A stretch of 64,000 nucleotides of DNA from Dipteris shenzhenensis (lineage: Eukaryota). The notes beneath the pieces are model-generated. The model ran no database searches, had not been told where the DNA came from, and saw only the letters and a program-made list of their open reading frames with translations. The DNA is taken from the NCBI GenBank assembly GCA_047967505.1, contig CM106538.1. One strand, 5' to 3'. Of the stretch, positions 39,095 to 53,447 are shown one piece after another. Within the stretch, counting starts at the first letter, position 1. Each line of letters starts with the position of its first letter. The position numbers and the translations under genes are program-made.

Positions 39095-41603
39095 TGTTTG
39101 TTGCTTTCCTTTTTTTTCGAGTTTGGGAGCAAATTTCTACAGGTTGCACAGTCGCCCTTCACGGTGTGGTGAGAGGGCAGCATATGCTACGGGTAAGGGC
39201 AAACCCCTTGGTGAAATTATTTTTTTGATTCGAGACCATTTCGGGGCCTATTTTGGTGGCAGAAGTTTTCCACAGGCACTCAGGAAAGTGCCCTATTTTT
39301 GTTGTGCGATCACTGTTCTACAAGTCAGTGAAAAGTTATCGTAGAAATTACATCGTATGCCTATGAAGAGAGATATTGGGAGTTACAGAATCATTCTTAT
39401 CGCCTGTTGATGCATAATCGTCACTAGGAAGTGACTGTGTGCTCAAATACCACTCTCGTCAATTTTGCAGGAAAAGGTTATTGGGAGTTCATTACTGGAG
39501 CTAAACGAGAACGAGTTATTCCTAATGTTCCCAATCAACTGAAGTTGCAGGCATTTAAAGGCTGGCATGAGAGAGCCAGAAAAGTTATGTACTAGCTGTC
39601 TATCAATCAGTATTTCAGATTCTATGATTGTGCATATTCAGAATGCAAGCACACCGAAGTAGCCATGGGATACTTTGACAAAAATGTATAGCACAAATAC
39701 ACAAGCCAGGAAAATGTAACTCAAGCAGGAGTTGCATAATGTGCAGAGAGAAAATATGAGCATCAATGACTACCACATGAAGGTGAAGAAGATTTCAGAT
39801 GCACTTACAGTTACTTCTATTGGGTCACCAGTGGAAGATGATGATTTAGTTTCTGTGACCTTGAATGGTCTAGAAAAGGATTATGCACAATTCCGAACAT
39901 CCATTGCCGTCCATGAGAATTTTCCTGATTTTGAGAAGTTGATTGCTCTTCTAATTTTTGAAGAGCAAAGAAATGGTGGTGCATCTTCTTCAAGAGGAAC
40001 TTCAAAAGAAGCTATCTTCTACTCAAATGCTCGAAGAGGTAGAGGCAGAGGTAGAGCAGGCCGATTTGGAGGCCATGGTAGAAATTATAATATGCAAAAA
40101 ATTCAAGAAAACAAGTCCTATGGAGAAGGACGTGATAACTTTAGAGGCAGGGGGAGCCAAAGAGGTCGTGGTGGATGGCAGAGAGGCCAAAATGCAAACA
40201 ACAATGTTGAATGCTACTACTATGGTAAAATGGGTCATATGGTTAAAGACTACTATAAAAAGCAAAATGACATCATGAGAAAATTGCAGCAAGGCAATTA
40301 TGCATCCTCTAGTAGACAGGGTGATGACAAAAATGAGCATCTGTTTATGGTGCAGCACATGAACAATTCTGTGACAAGTGCAGAAGAAAGCAATGATGTG
40401 TGATATGTTGACTCAGGTGCATCAAACCACATGACAGGCCATGCAGAATGGATGCAGGATGTAAGGAAAATGAAAAGACCAGGATTTGTAGAGACTGGTA
40501 ATGATACTGCACATCCTATTGTGCAGATTGGTAAAATTCCTTTGTCTATGTAGGATGGAAAAAAGAAGCACTTGTCTGATGTATTTCATGTCCCGAATAT
40601 CACCAAGAACCTGGTTTCTGTTGGTCAAATGGTTGAGCAGGGCTTGCAAGTAAAATTTAATCTTCATGGATGCTTTGTTGAGGATATGAAAAATAAAAGT
40701 CGCTTGATATTAAAAGGAAAGAAGAAAGGCAAGATGTTTATGTTGGATGCAGGCATGCCTGAATTGAGTGCAGCAATGTTTGCACATGGGACCAGTGTAG
40801 TTGCAGATATTGATATCTGGAATAAACACATTGGTCATGTTAATGTACAATGACTTAAATTAATGCAGGCCCAAAATATTGTTGCAGGATTGCCTAAGTT
40901 CAAGGTTGCAGAAATGCATAAGGTATGTGAAGCCTGTCAATTTGAAAAACAGGCAAGGAAACCATTTCCTAGACATGTTCAAGAGAGTAAGAGGCTATTG
41001 GAATTAATCCACTCTGATGTGTGGACTACTAAAGCTGCATCTATTGGAGGCTATCATTATTTTGTCACCTTTATTAATGACTACAGCAGAAAAGTTTGGG
41101 TGTATTTTATGAAAAAGAAAAGTAAAGTGTTTGGGCATTTCAAAGCTTTTAAAGCTATGGTTGAAAAAGACACAGGGTTGCAAATAAAATGCCTAAGGTC
41201 AGATGGAGGGGGAGAGTACCTCTCAAATGAGTTTGCAAGTTTCTTGCAAGAGCATGGCATAAAGCAACAATATTCATGCAGTCATACCCCATAGCGAAAT
41301 GGACTTTCAGAAAGAAAAAATAGGCATATTGGAGAGGAATCTCATGCCATGCTCAACGAAAAAGACCTACCAGATTATTATTGGGTTGAAGCAGTTGCTA
41401 CAGCAGTCTACATAATGAACAGGACTCCCACTGCAACAATACATGGCATGATGCCAGAGGAGAGGTATACTGGTAGGAAACCAGATTTTTCTCATTTGAA
41501 AGTTTTTGGTTGCATTGCCTATGTTCATGTGCCAGATGAGTTGAGATCCAAGTTGGATCCAAAAGCTGAGAAGTGCATCTTTATTGGTTATTCTCTACAG
41601 TAG
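39095..41603 (+). mobile_element. Ty1/Copia internal region (leader, gag, protease, GAG-pre-integrase, integrase, SH3-like), degenerate and truncated
   Basis: 'YVDSGASNHMTGH', 'IWNKHIGHVN', 'CEACQFEKQ', 'LELIHSDVW', 'IKCLRSDGGGEY', 'LKVFGCIAYVHVPDELRSKLDPKAEKCIFIGYS'; multiple stops. Confidence 0.95.
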
Positions 41604-41604
41604 A

Positions 41605-42720
41605 ATGATTTGTGGAGACAATAGACAGAGTTGTCGTAGGGTGATGTTAGGCTTGAATTCCATCAAATCTTCAATCAAAGAATATGGATGTCCATTAGCA
41701 GCCTTTTGTGCCCTCATTTGCTGAGCTTTTGGCTGAGGGTCGAAGCTCATGCAAGGGAGAGGAGGTACCTTTGAATTCTCAATCAATGTCTCCTATAGTG
41801 ACTTTTCCATCACCTGTTTCCCATTTTCTTGGGTACCACTGGTTTTCACTCCCATCTCCTTCTCTATGTTGAATGGGCTTCCTAGGGGAAAATTGGATGG
41901 GCCTACTTGTAACTCCTTCTCACGCTTTTGTCCTAAAGTCATCATCTCCATCGCAAACCTCACTATTCTAGACTTACAGAAGGGAAACTAAGGTGTGCTT
42001 CCTTCATCTCCATAACTGGATTGAAGATCTTAGGTGAGACTCATAACCACCTTCTGGTACCTCGAAGACATAGATTGCTCACTTGGAAATGACGTATTTT
42101 GAGAGCTAGTGACAGGTCTTGATGGCTATGAAGCCCTTCTGGTTCTTCTAATCCACTAATAGGAGAACACAAGGGTGATGCACTCCTGTTCCCACCGTTG
42201 TCCACCTTGGAGGAAGGAGGTGGGGATGCTCCTCTAGTGACTGAGTTGGTGATGAGGCCTCTGATATTGATGTTGATTCATCCGTACTACTGTCACCTTT
42301 CGTCTGTGACCTTGTCACAGCTCCCAACACGGCACCAATCAAGTGGGGTTTGTCACTATCCCCTGCCACTAATATGTAAACCATGTTGACTTGGGATGTT
42401 GATTCCCCTCTGCCATTGGGACAATCTCTGGTGTAGTGGTCATTTGTGTTGCACTGCTTACAAGAGGGTCCCTTGAATGGTTGTGTACAATCATCTTGGT
42501 AGTGGCCATACTTGCCACATCTGTAGCACATGATGGGACTACAAAAGTTGGTACCTCTACCTCCACCTCCACGTCCACCTTGGAACCCACCCCGTCGACC
42601 ACGTTGATAAGGGGATCCATATCCACCCCCTGACATAGGTGGTTGATATTGTGCATAGTAGCGCAGAGGATAGAATTATGGAGACCCAATCTGATTGGGA
42701 GAAGGAGCTTGGAGCAAATC
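41605..42720 (-). pseudogene. Ty3/Gypsy-like gag remnant with two CCHC knuckles
   Basis: 'CYRCGKYGHYQDDC' and 'CKQCNTNDHYTRDC', 'AVTRSQTK', 'YSLIEDLMEFKPNITLRQL'. Confidence 0.7.
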
Positions 42721-43189
42721 TTTCCTAGGTTAGAGTTACAAATATTAGTCTATGCTACCATTTTTAAGGCTTCAATGGGTTTAAGTTCATTCATATGTTT
42801 TTAATAAGCTGCAATTTGAAAATTCTAACCATATAGATGACTCTAGATGGCTTATGCTGATTGATTTGAGTACTTAGAGGGCCAAATTTGGACCTCATAT
42901 AAGGAAGTTATGTTAATTTTTGGAAAATTTTATCAAATTTCAAGATTGAAATATTAGCCACATCAGTTTGGAGAAGCTCCTAAATTCGCCTCTAGGCAAA
43001 TATTCGCCCTTAAAATTTTAAATTGGGGAGAGTGGAAAAAAAAGGGAATTATTGGAATGGAGGAGAGGGGAACATAAGGAAGTGCGATCGCATTGGCAAG
43101 GAAAGTAAGGAGATCAGAGGGAGGGAAGGGCAGGGAGAGAAGGGGGAAGGTAAGCGAGGGGAGGGGCGGGGGGGGACGGGGTGGAGGGG

Positions 43190-43227
<38 letters not shown>

Positions 43228-43749
43228 GGAGCATGAAGTTCGAATTCTAGAGTGGGAAGTTTGAATTCTAGGGTTCGAATTTCTTTAGGGCTATATATTG
43301 ACTCTCATCTCTCCCATAACTCGTTGTTGATCATGCCCTCCCTTCTACTTGCACCCCCATCGTGTTCCCCTCCCTTCCTCTCTCCCTCTCCCTCTCCCTC
43401 ACCTTGCGCTGTAGAATTTAGCCTATAGGAATTAACCATGGTAAAGGTATTTGCAAAGTTTCATGACCATGCTTCATATATAACCCACAAAAGGGGTTGG
43501 AAACGAAGATCAAATATGATTTGTGTCCATGCAAGTATTTATTAATTTCCTTATATTTCTACCCAAAAAATAGACCTCAATCACAGCCAAACACTGGCTC
43601 ACAATGCAATGAACTTCTGCTCCAAATAGACCTGAATCTCAGGAAAACACTGGCTCACAATGCAACAGCCCCTTCTTGCTCAACTGGCATCCAAAATGTG
43701 CATAACCTTCAGCCAACACTGGGCCTCAAAATGCACACCACTTGAGCAA

Positions 43750-45690
43750 TAGATTGAGCTTAATACGCAGCCCCAAAACTGTCCCAAATGCGCACACTCA
43801 AACTCTCCGAATGCACCTGTACTCCAAGTACTCCAAGGACACCTGTGCAAGGTAACTGAAAGCACGGGCTGCAAGTACAAACTGGAGCTGAAAATACAAC
43901 CTGGACGAGGCTCGAAATGAGTGGATGCAAGGACCAAGGCACGAGCTGTGCTTCTGCAATCAAAAGAAACGTCAATGGCAAGGTAAATGGTGAGCAAAAT
44001 TCGAGCAAATGGCGAGACAAATGGCGAGTTACAAGTCCAAGTGCTGATGGCGAGCTGCGACCGTATGGATTGTACGAAAACAGTGAAGGAACATGATGGA
44101 GAGAGGGAGAGAGAGAGGATAGGCTAGGGAGAGAGGAAGTGATACTCAAAAGGAGACATAATGAAATGGAAATGAAATGACTAGAGCAATGAGCAAAAAT
44201 GAAAGTACTCACATGTGTCTAGACCAAAGAGCTTGTAGCTTGATACTTGATTGATGTAAATGACTCAAGACAAGTACAACACTATATAGTGTGACACTAG
44301 ACTCTAGAAAGCCATAGTGTATATGGGATAACTCTCAATATGACATGTGGCATGTCTAGGACTCACTAGACTATAAAACACCCCCTAGACACCTAGTACA
44401 CTCATTTTTTACTCAATCTGGCTTCATATTCCAACACCCCCCCATGAAGGCAAGGTAAGAGACTACTCGAATGGAACCAAGAACAGAACATGACAATGAT
44501 GGTCATCAAAACTGTGCATGCCAGTCTAGAACTAGACATGGTTCCCACACAATCTCAGAGGCAAGTGAGCATGGCTCAGAGGATAGTGAGCATAACATAG
44601 AAATCTCATCTAACATGGCTTAGAGGCTCATCATGCATGGATGCATGACCAACTCAGACGTATAGGAGACCAATGCACCAACATCTTGGAACTCTCAAGC
44701 CAGGCCTGATAAACAAATAGACCTATCAAAGCCAATACATATGGCTCCCACAGTACATCCCCCCTTGGCTTCATAACAAGGCATGTTAGGAAGCCACACA
44801 CCAAAAAAATAGAAAAACCAATACATCTTTTTAGGAGGACTATCCAAGGCAGAGAACCTTTAGACTCAATGAAAAACAAACACTCAATACATATCATTTT
44901 AGGAGAACTACCCAAGGTAGAGGATCCCAAAATAACATCAAGCATGTAGTAATAAAAAATAGATCTCTTATGACAAGAGATGTCCTCCAAGTAGCCACTG
45001 CACATGTGTGCACATCCCTATGAGACGATGACGATGTCGATGAAGCGCTAGGTAGGAATGCCCCAAAAGATGTGTCGAAGTCCATGGGATAGCTAAATGG
45101 AGCACTCACATAATGACTCTCAAAATGGCTAAGAGAGATTCACTGATGTCAAAGTAGAGGCCAGAGGTGTCACGAGCACCCGGAAAGTCGGTCAAAAGTG
45201 GAGCTTGGGCACCAAGGACAATCAGGGCGATAATCAGAGAAGTCGGGAAGTGTTTGGAGCTCACATCAAGCTCGGAGCAGCTTCACTTGTTGTTGACAGG
45301 ATGTGAAGCAAGTGACGGGATGTAAAAAGAGTATTCCCCACTGTCGGAAGCCTCAAGTCAATGTACCGGAGAGTTGATACAGTCGAAATGACTGTGGGTA
45401 AGCTCGGGAAGCTCAAATCACTGGTGGAGGTCACGGGAGTCCAAATCTGAGCAAAAAATGCCAAAAAGTAGCCTAAAATTGCTCGGAATCGCCTTCTGAC
45501 AAGTTGTACGGACTCCTAGCACTGTGGCACAGCCGACTGCAGAGGTCCGTACGGATGTACGGACAAAAAAACTTTTTAAAAAAATCTCGAAATGGTGTGG
45601 GACACAGTCGTTTGTGTTTGGGCAGTGCCAAAATGTCAAAAAACGTCAAAATCGAACCTCAAAAGGTCAAAAAAGCAATCAAGACGACCA
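43750..45690 (-). mobile_element. non-autonomous LTR element fragment (3' LTR from 44436 leftward, PPT, non-coding interior)
   Basis: rc of GGGGGGG-TGTTGG at 44431-44443; LTR homologous to the 24432 and 62196 copies; left boundary approximate. Confidence 0.7.
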
Positions 45691-46004
45691 CATCCTCCAC
45701 CACCCCATGAGACAACTCGACAGACACAGATACAAGAGCTCTTCACATCTCACCAAAGAACCATCATGGCACCTGGATACATGCCTGAGCATGTACTCCG
45801 CACATTATCCTTGAGTACTTGATACTATTTTGGCTTTTTTGGTTACTAGATTAGAACTTTAGTACTCAGCAAGGGCCTTAGTGAGCCCTTTGCTTCAGCC
45901 CACAGTGGCTTGTATGCGATATCCCTTTGGTTTGTTTCTTTGTCTCATAGGCCCGCGAGGCCTCCTGCAAATGTTAATATATCTTTCTTTCTTTCTCTCT
46001 CTCT
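45690..46004 (+). mobile_element. short 3' fragment of the RTEX-like LINE
   Basis: Homologous to 9060-9350 ('agggccttag.gagccctt', 'cataggccc..gaggcctcc', 'atgttaata.atct') with a CT-rich tail. Confidence 0.8.
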
Positions 46005-47137
46005 GTAATGAAGGCCAAAAATTGGACAACTTAGTCGGTGGAGATTCGATGGATAATACCAGGTGGAGATTGTATGGATGGTACCAGGTGGATCTTTACT
46101 TCAGCGATCCTTCCTCCTCTCTTATGGCTGCCATCCTGAATTTTCAGGTCTGGGGCAGCTTCAAGAGTAAATTTTGGAGAGCCCCCCTTCCCTCTTTTCT
46201 AGAAGAGATTGATAGGCAGCCTGTCATGTGGAATAACAACATACTTGATGACATGACCATGGTAGACCGCTTGATACTTCTCGTTATATGAAGTGGTCCA
46301 GAGGGGAGAGAGGACCCGCTTTCTCTATGGGTTCTTGGAAGGATTTCAAAAACCTTCCGGATGATTTAAGTTTCAGTTAGTAAGTCACCTCAAACAAAGT
46401 GAGGTTGACCGTCGCGGGTTTTACGAGGTCAAGTATCCCACTCAAGTCATAGGACTTTGACGAGGTTCAGATAGGATGCCTTGGTTTTTTATGTTCACTC
46501 CAGGTGGCAGTCCAAGGATGAGGATATCCTTGTGGATGTTTCTTTTGAGCCTGTCATGGTTTTGGAAGTATTTCCAATGGAATGATGTAAGGAACCGAGA
46601 GAAGAACCTCCCTTTCGTCTGCTATAGGGTTAGGAGGTCTCAGCTCAACAATAAGGGATGGTCAATCACTAGAGCTCTTGATTGGGAAAATTTTCAGATT
46701 TCTGCTTTGGAAAAAAACTTTGGAAGAGACTCTAGAAATTCCTCAAAAATAGAAAAAACACTCTTTTCTTTTGGCTTTCTAGTGAACTAGTGGAGGTACA
46801 AGGTTCAAGGCAACTCCCACTTGCCTTTCTACTAAGGAGTCCATTTAGTATTTTCTTTGGGATTGCAAACCCAGATGATGTTTGCAGGAGGCTTCTACTA
46901 GGAGGTTGTTTTCCTCGGGGAGTGGAGTGGCTCCCCTTTTTCCTCAAAGTCCACTGTAGGGTTGAGGTGGCACCTTCACACTCAACCTTGGTGCTTTTCT
47001 AGCTCTTGTTTATGAGCAATTGTTTGCCCACTTACGGTATTTTGTTTCCCATGCTTTGCATGATGTATTTTCTTCCATAAGCATTGCTCTTGGGATATTT
47101 TTCATACTTAATAGAAACTTTTTCACACAAAAAAAAA
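46005..47137 (+). mobile_element. L1-like LINE 3' fragment with poly(A)
   Basis: Decayed Trp-rich ORF2 C-terminus; 3' end shared with the 30.8-kb copy. Confidence 0.6.
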
Positions 47138-47237
47138 GGTTACATATTTACAGATCTTAGATGATTACTTATGTCAAAGGAAGTAGAACAAGAATTGAAG
47201 AGATTGATGCATCTTTACCATTGGATTGGGCCCTTGT

Positions 47238-48411
47238 TGCTGGAATGGTCACCTCCCCATCTGTAAGCCCTCATATGAGGAAAGCATGGGGGGAGGGGCG
47301 GGGGGTGAACCTAGGAAAAGAGAGAGGGAGGGGGCTGCCACATGGGCAGCACCTTACACAAAGAAAGAAGAGTACCTAGCAGAAGGAAGCTTGCCTCGAG
47401 GGCAGATCTGGCAGAGAATGGCCAGGTGACTGTCAAGGACAGAGCAGAGCAGATCTGCGTAGCATCTCCATCAAGGAACGAAGGCGAGATGACATCAGCC
47501 ACTGTACGGATCTGTACGGGCTGCTGCAGGGCAGTGTACGGAAGGTGTACGGGCAGGACATGGTGGGGGTCTGTCGTCAGGGGTACAGCCTGCAAGAAGG
47601 TCTCCAGCAGCAACAAAGGGCAGCCTAGCAGCAGCCCAAAAGGGCCTGGCTAGGTCCCTTATATAGGGCTGGTTGAGCCAGCCAACCAGGCCAACCAGCA
47701 GGTCGGCTGGTTAGGGTTGGGCCAGCCAACCAAGTCGGCCAGAGGGGGTCGGTTCATCCCTCTGCTGGGTCGGCCATTTGGAGGCCATTGTGCCTCATAC
47801 AAACATCCAGCCAAGCAGCTTTGGGAGGAGGAGCATCTCCACCATCGTTGGGCCTCTACATAGGAAGTAAAGGAGAGAGGTGTTGCTCCAGACTTAGCTC
47901 CAGGGAGAGGCTGAACCTAGACTGTCTTCTAGGGCAGAAGGTTGCTGAGATCACATCACCTGGAGCAGCAAAGAGTCAGCAGATTGGAGCAGCGGTAAGA
48001 CCTACCTTGGGCCTATCTTCTGGAGGTGAAGGAGGTACATCATAGCCTGCAGACAAAGCTGAGAAAGGGCTGCCCACCTAGGCTGGCTTCCGGACAGCAA
48101 GGTGGAAGGGATCTAGACAAAGAGTCTACATATGCTCGAGGTGGAGCTTGTGGGCTCAGAGACCTAAAAGTGCTTGACATTTAGTAGGAGAACCTTTTGG
48201 TATTGTATCCTGTCCTACTTTGTGGACGGACGGAAATATAAAGAGTTGCTTCTATATTTGTTTCTGAGCATTATCTATTTACTGGCTTGCACATCTTTGC
48301 ACATTAAGTTAAGAAGTCTGTGATTCCACACCCCACACCACATTGTGTGAGCTCCTAGGCATTACTATCAGTCTTCCACTATGCGTACCCTCTGTTGGGT
48401 AATTTCTAACA
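47238..48411 (+). mobile_element. solo LTR with 5-bp TSD
   Basis: TG...CTAACA flanked by CTTGT (47233-47237, 48412-48416). Confidence 0.9.
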
Positions 48412-49599
48412 CTTGTAGGGGGGAACATCGTATCACTAGATGGATTGGGGCCTTCTCAAGAGCAGGGATCCCGTTTCAAGTCATCGGTCTTCAAAGGTTC
48501 AGATTGGGATACTTTGGTTGATGGGGAAGCTTTGATCTTTGATGTGGTCTCTAGAAGTATGCTCTCTCAATCACGGATCAGAGTATTCTAGTCGGTTAGG
48601 ATTATGGGTTTTGTGGAGCAATGATTTTTTGCTTCTAGCTGGTATTTAGACCCTAGACCTAAGAGCATTTTTTTAGGCTCTTGGATGTTTTGGCTTTATT
48701 GAGGTTTCATCCTAAAGTACTTGTAGTGGGACCTACCAAATGGGAATGGATTGATGTAGGAATCAGCCTTTTTCTTTCTAGTTTAATATTTGTGTGAAGT
48801 TTGGTTGGGAGCACTTCAGCCTGGTTCAAGGTGCCATCCAGGAGGATACAAGGCAGCAAGGGAACTGGTTGATTGCAAGGAACACAGGTCTTCACCATAT
48901 AGTCCTTCTAGAAGAGGCTGCCCGTGAAGGGCCCTGCATGCTAGCCCATATGGCTATCACCCATTTGTTTGTCAAAAAGTGCTTGCCCGTCTCCCTAGCA
49001 AAATCTCTTTTGGCATCAAGATGCCATCCTAGGTGCGGACAAATAAAAAATTTGTCAATTTCACTCTACATTCCTGCACCTCTGTCCACTTATGTGTGAA
49101 TGGAACATTCATCCAGACGGGGATACTGAGTTCACCTGTCTGCCTATGTGTGAAACTTGCCTTATCATCGAGCCGCTTGAAATTTCAAATTTGCTAGTTT
49201 AATTGCCACTGAATGACATTATTTTTGAGAGCCTGCAATGTTCCCATGAGAGGCACTGACTATCAAGGTGGCAATCGATTGCTCTGTTAGAGATGAAAAA
49301 AAAACAGTTTGGGGCCCTTACTAATATCAGCCTCTTGCAACCAATATCCTTTTCTAATAGGACTTTTGGTAGACATGGACTAGGAGGAGAGACTAGCATT
49401 GTGTGGGAGCCCTTGCTCACAAATGCCCACTAACGTCAACAATGTTGTGTGAGCACTTTTACTTGGCTAGCACTAGAGCGTTTTATGAAACTCTAAAATC
49501 CTACGAAGCCATGCGGCACATTCTAAGCCGTTAGATAATTGGCCTATGATCGGGATACTTACAATAGCCCCCATATACTTAGCAGCGGGCGCATATACT

Positions 49600-50090
49600 T
49601 TTAGCAGCTAGCCAAGCAATGCGTTAGGAGAGGTGGTCCAAGAGTGTCCAGGAGGATCAGTCGCAAGGTGTGATTGCAGGTAATCAATGATGTCCAGGTT
49701 CCATAGCAAGCAGTACCTTACGAAATTCTATCTAAGAGGATCAGTCAGAAGTGTGATTGTGGTACGAGGCCAACTCAATATCTAGGAGAGCATGCAAGCC
49801 AAAGTTTGGAAGTGCCAAAGAGGTAGAAGAACAGTTTTGTGTATATACAGGGTCCACATCTAGTCAGCATTGTGTTGATAGAGGGTGAGACACTAGATAT
49901 AGATTTTGTATTGTGTCCACATTCGACAGAAATATATTTTGCTTGTTCTACATCTCTCTTTCAAGCATTGTCTAATTATTGTCTGCACATCTACTTTGGG
50001 ATAGTGTAACATGTGGGTACTTACTGCCATGCCATGCTGGGGAATCCCATGTGGCACGCGAGACTATCTACTGCAATGTGCGGAAGCGTA
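49600..50090 (+). mobile_element. LTR fragment related to 32490-33469
   Basis: Shared 'tacagg.tccacatcta' and 'ttgtattgtgtcca...gaaatata...gttctacatctct'. Confidence 0.6.
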
Positions 50091-51537
50091 TTGAATCTGT
50101 GTACATAGATATATGAAATAGAGAACTCAAGCACCAAGGGCACGCAACATCTTTACTGTACACATGTTTATTTATAATTTAGAAATGCCTAAATGACCGA
50201 CTGTATGGACTGACTGTACATGACTGCAAAACTGGATACAAAGATGTATCATGCGGGATATTACTGATGCTGAAAGTGAGGTAGATGGCTGCCCAGTGAA
50301 TGTGAATGCTTGCTGAACTGATGTGCATGGTGGCTGCTCCTAGATCCCCTCCATGACTGGCTGGAACTATGCTGGAAAGGACAGATCTGATGCATGCTGG
50401 TTCGCTGCAGGTAGGCAAGGTAATTCGATGAAAATGTGCTACCGTTTGAGATGGCGATGAGGGGCAAAAGTGTGGCGGGGAATAGGCAACAGATGGCAAG
50501 GATGGAGCAAGGCTGTATGCAAGAAATGGGAGGATGAGGCCTCTTTAAATAGGGCCTGGATAGTCAGCCAGGTCAACCAACTGGTCAGCCTGGTCAACCA
50601 ACCAGTCAATCTGGTGATGCCAACTGGTCCGACCTGGTCCACCCTGTTTTGCGGAAGGAAGTCGGCTGCCTGTGATCTGCCCTTCTACTGGCTTTTTCTG
50701 ATGTCCTTTTTGGTAGTCTTAACAAGTTATGAAAACTGAGCTTAACCAACTAGTGTGTCACCATGCACCTGACACAACGGTGCATGTGATAGTTAGCTTA
50801 CCCTCTGTTGTGTTCTCCAACGGTCCGTCGGCCTTCTACGGGTGGCTGACAGAGTCATGATAGTTGGGTGATGTCTCTTCGATTCTTTCTTTGTAGCAGG
50901 CTACTAGCCCTGTAGGGATGAGTTCTTTCCTTCTAGTTTAATATCTAAGTAGAATTTGGTTTGTCTACTGAGTAGTCTTTGTGTTCTCTTTCTATTTTAA
51001 TTCATTGAGTGAGGGAGTGAATGCACTTAAGAGTTTGCATGGGTTTTATAAATCCCAACAAATCTAGCATGCAAAAGTGCACTACAAATGGAATTGAAAC
51101 AATTAAATATGTTGTAAAATAGGCTCTACGTCAAGCTTATGAAGTCCCTCGTCATATTCTTAGTGGATTCTTTAGTTCTACATTTTTCATCCTAAAATTC
51201 AGCCAACACATGCTATTCATATGCAATAAATGAAACTAAAATCAGATTTCTCCTTAGTTCATGAGCATAGAAAACATGTGTGCGCGCGCGCGCACGCATG
51301 TGCATGCACCATGGTGATCTCCTTTCCTGCAGCGTTAGGCAATATGCTTTGGGACAGCAGTACAGGCCTATATGGTAATTATTATCACAGATGCTCCATG
51401 ATTTTCGGCCAGTATCTCGCCTTGAGATCTTTCGCCTCAAAGATTGGGTTCTTCAATCAAAAGATCGTGTTTGCCATGCATTGCCGTTGGCTGTTATAAC
51501 CGTCGCATCTTTGTATAGGGTTGTGCTGCCTCCCCCT

Positions 51538-52480
51538 TGTTGGAAAGGTCGCCTCCCCATCTGTAAGCCCCCATATGAGGAGAGCATGGGGGAGGGAGAC
51601 CTAGGGCAAGACATGTCCAGAGGGAAAAGCTTGGAGAGGCGGTTGCCACATGGACAACACCTCACAGCAAGGAAAAGACACATAGAGGGGCTGCCACATG
51701 GGCAGCAAACAGGCTGCCATGTGGGCAGCATATTCATGGACTTACCTGGCAGAGAAGGCACCTTCTAGAGGGCAGAACAAAGGTGGAATTATCAGATGAC
51801 TGTCCACGACTGGAGCAGGCCAGATTGCACAGGGTCTCCAGAAGCTATGGGCTGCGAAGAGATGGCGTTGATGTCAGCAACAGGTACGGGTGATGTCAGC
51901 ATTGGTACGGCTGTCTGCATCAGCACAAACGGACCTGGTCAAGGCTATTCTAGGGCCTGGAAGGGACCAGGACAGAGGCGCCTCCATTGGGCAGGCAGAA
52001 GCCTGCATTATTAATAGGCCACGACAAGGCAGCAAAAAGACCAATGCAAGTGGTGGGTTGCCACATGGCAAGGCGGGCCAGAAAGGGGCAGCCAATGGGC
52101 TACCCACTGGTCGGTTTACAGACCACACGGTCGCGTGGGTAGGGGCAGTCTGGTCGGCCAGATCTGACCCCTACCAGGTCAGTTGGTTCAAGGGCCTTGT
52201 GCCCTAGATAAAGAGGGCCTCCAAGCCCTCATTTGATATCTTCTGGAGTAGCAAAAGCAGGAGCAGTAGGGGCAGCAGACACCAGCACACTTGGAGCCTA
52301 TCCTGGAGGACCAAGGGAGTTGGAAGGCTGCAGACCTAGCTCAGCAAGGTGCTGCCCACCTAGGCTGATTCACAGGCAGTAAGGTGGAGAAGAACACTCT
52401 GGACAGAGAGTCTACGTATGCTTGAGGTGGAGCACGCGGGCTCAGATATCTAGAAGTGCTTGACATCTAGTAGGAACCTT
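51538..52480 (+). mobile_element. 3'-truncated LTR, same family as 47238-48411
   Basis: TGTTGGAAAGGTCGCCTCCCCATCTGTAAGCCC start; homology to 'tgcttgacat.tagtagga'. Confidence 0.8.
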
Positions 52481-53447
52481 GCCTTCTGTACAGCTGCCAT
52501 CAGCTGTACGGCCTTCCGTACAGGTTCCGTGCACCTTGCAACCCCCATACAGCTCCCCGTACAGTTTCCCGTACAGCTCCCGTGCTCCCTGCACATACCC
52601 GTACAACCTTCTCTGCAGCCATCTACTCCGCCACTTTTTCCTTCGATACCTGCTGTACGGCCATCCGTACATATACGGTCATCTGCGCAGCCTCCTTCCA
52701 TATCTCCGACTCATGTTGAGCATCATCAGACTCCTTCTCCTTAGGATATGGATGTGCCCCTTGCAGAGGGGATCATACAGGATGTTGCACATGCTCCTTC
52801 TCAGGTTGATCCTCGAAGTGACGCTAAAATGCTGAGTCCTGCTTTATCAGATGCAGCTCTTTCATCGGAGGATACAGATGTTGATCTAGCTCCTTTGCCT
52901 CTGATGCCTGTGCCAGAGTCTTCTTCTGTTCGGGATGCAGATGTGCCATTTTCACTGAATTCTTTTCATCCCATGTTACAACAGGTTTTTGACCCTGTGA
53001 TTCAAAAATTTCGAGTGCCCGCCTATATTAAGAAGAATCACAAGGCCAAAAAACAGCTTGTTTTTATTGATGGTGTGGTTTCTACACTACATCAGTTTTT
53101 ACAAAGCAATAATCTAAAGTTGGAGGATGTTGTGTTTGATCCTCCTCCAGCTTGACATGTAACTTTTTACTTGGCTGCCTCATGACTTTCGCTCTGAGGC
53201 TTTACTTGTAAATTTTTCCTTTGTACTTATTGGTGGGTTTTTACCTCTTTTTTGGGGTTTCCCACACAGAAATATAAGATTTCACCCAAAAAAAAAAAAA
53301 AAAGTGTGTGTTTTTACTTGGCTGCCTCATGACTTTTGCTTTGAGGCCTTACTTGTAAATTTTTTCCTTGTACTTATTGGTGGGTTTTTACCTCTTTTGA
53401 GGTTTCCCACACATAAATATAAGATTTCACTATAAAAAAAAGTGTGT
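52480..53447 (+). mobile_element. LINE-type retroposed fragment with poly(A) and duplicated 3'UTR
   Basis: Pro/Ser-rich ORF ending at 53155, T-rich UTR, A16 at 53288-53303; ~140-bp UTR repeated at 53311-53447. Confidence 0.6.
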
